DNA of 35,451 nucleotides, from positions 1 through 35,451 of the forward strand of contig CAYPRG010000004.1 of assembly GCA_964413025.1 (NCBI GenBank), in the 5' to 3' direction. This document shows positions 35,138 through 35,451 of the stretch, one piece after another. The position numbers and the translations under genes were made by a program. Positions within the stretch are counted from its first letter, which is position 1. Each line of letters starts with the position of its first letter. The notes under the pieces were generated by a model. The model saw nothing but the letters and a program-made list of their open reading frames with translations, made no database searches and was not told where the DNA came from. The stretch comes from an uncultured Planctomycetales bacterium (GTDB lineage: Bacteria; Omnitrophota; Gorgyraeia; Gygaellales; Profunditerraquicolaceae).

Positions 35138-35173
35138 GCCGTAAGGTTGATAGCCTCAATCTTACGGCTTTTT
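35138..35173 (+). terminator. Rho-independent terminator after the pilin-like gene
   Basis: The stem GCCGTAAG (35138-35145) pairs with CTTACGGC (35161-35168) and can be extended with one mismatch (GTTGA/TCAAT). A TTTTT tract follows (35169-35173). Confidence 0.7.
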
Positions 35174-35270
35174 CATGAGAAATTAAGCTGTTAAAAGCCG
35201 CTGTTATGTAGTAAAATGAAACCTGAGTTAGGGATATTTTTTTAAAACGAAGTAAAATCAAGGAGAAACG

Positions 35271-35451
35271 ATGGAGATGGCTTTTGGTTTAACTTTTCCG
35301 GGAGAGTTAAAAGACGAATCGGTAATCTGTTATCTATGTAAAAATTTTGATATTGAATTGAATATAATCGAAGCCTCTTTTTCTATGTCCGCGGGCTGGG
35401 CAATTTTAAAAATATTGGGCAATGAAAAAGAAATCAAAAAAGCTTTTGACT
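35271..35451 (+). CDS. NIL-domain protein, 5' end (partial, runs off the window)
   Basis: ATG 35271 lies 6 nt after AAGGAG, and the frame stays open to the window end. MEMAFGLTFPGELKDESVICYLCKNFDIELNIIEASFSMSAGWAILKILG resembles NIL (MetN C-terminal-like) domains. Confidence 0.5.
   Translation, partial: MEMAFGLTFPGELKDESVICYLCKNFDIELNIIEASFSMSAGWAILKILGNEKEIKKAFD

Noticed and set aside
35174-35270. A riboswitch (for example SAM) might lie upstream of the NIL-domain gene.
   Set aside because: Only about 97 nt are available. I could not recognise any conserved riboswitch core or convincing multi-stem structure.

Overview
This 35.4-kb segment is entirely co-directional: every credible gene lies on the + strand. 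It looks like core chromosome of an anaerobic, diderm bacterium, because it encodes a TolC-type outer-membrane factor, ExbBD, a superoxide reductase and an energy-converting hydrogenase. The lineage cannot be assigned without a database search. I recognise about 41 protein genes in roughly seven transcription units. (1) atpH (3' end)-atpA-atpG-atpD-atpC continues without a terminator into exbB/exbD-like genes, a K+-independent H+-pyrophosphatase, DedA, GDT1/UPF0016, TerC and a DUF47-PiT phosphate transporter pair, and ends at a clear intrinsic terminator (11377-11414). (2) A stress/metal/quinone operon encodes 1Fe superoxide reductase, DJ-1/PfpI, a thioredoxin-reductase-like flavoprotein, a CPH-type P1B ATPase, a MenA-like prenyltransferase and NDH-2. 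(3) An orphan RnfD/NqrB-like membrane protein is translationally coupled to a small secreted protein with a superoxide-reductase-like ligand pattern. (4) An AbrB-type regulator precedes TolC-MacA-MacB and has a near-consensus promoter. (5) An 11-gene membrane-bound group-4 [NiFe] hydrogenase has a subunit inventory equal to the 11 core complex-I subunits (A, B, C, D, H, I, J, K, L, M, N homologues). It is followed by a HycI-type maturation protease and a stand-alone GMP-synthase-like PP-loop ATPase. (6) A TetR regulator with a perfect 14-bp palindromic operator precedes a single prepilin-type gene. (7) The 5' end of a NIL-domain gene runs off the right edge. I found no rRNA, tRNA, CRISPR array, transposase, integrase or phage gene. 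The most notable item is the complex-I-like hydrogenase cluster, and the second is the RnfD-like/secreted SOR-like pair. All functional calls come from motif recognition on the supplied translations; no homology search was possible.
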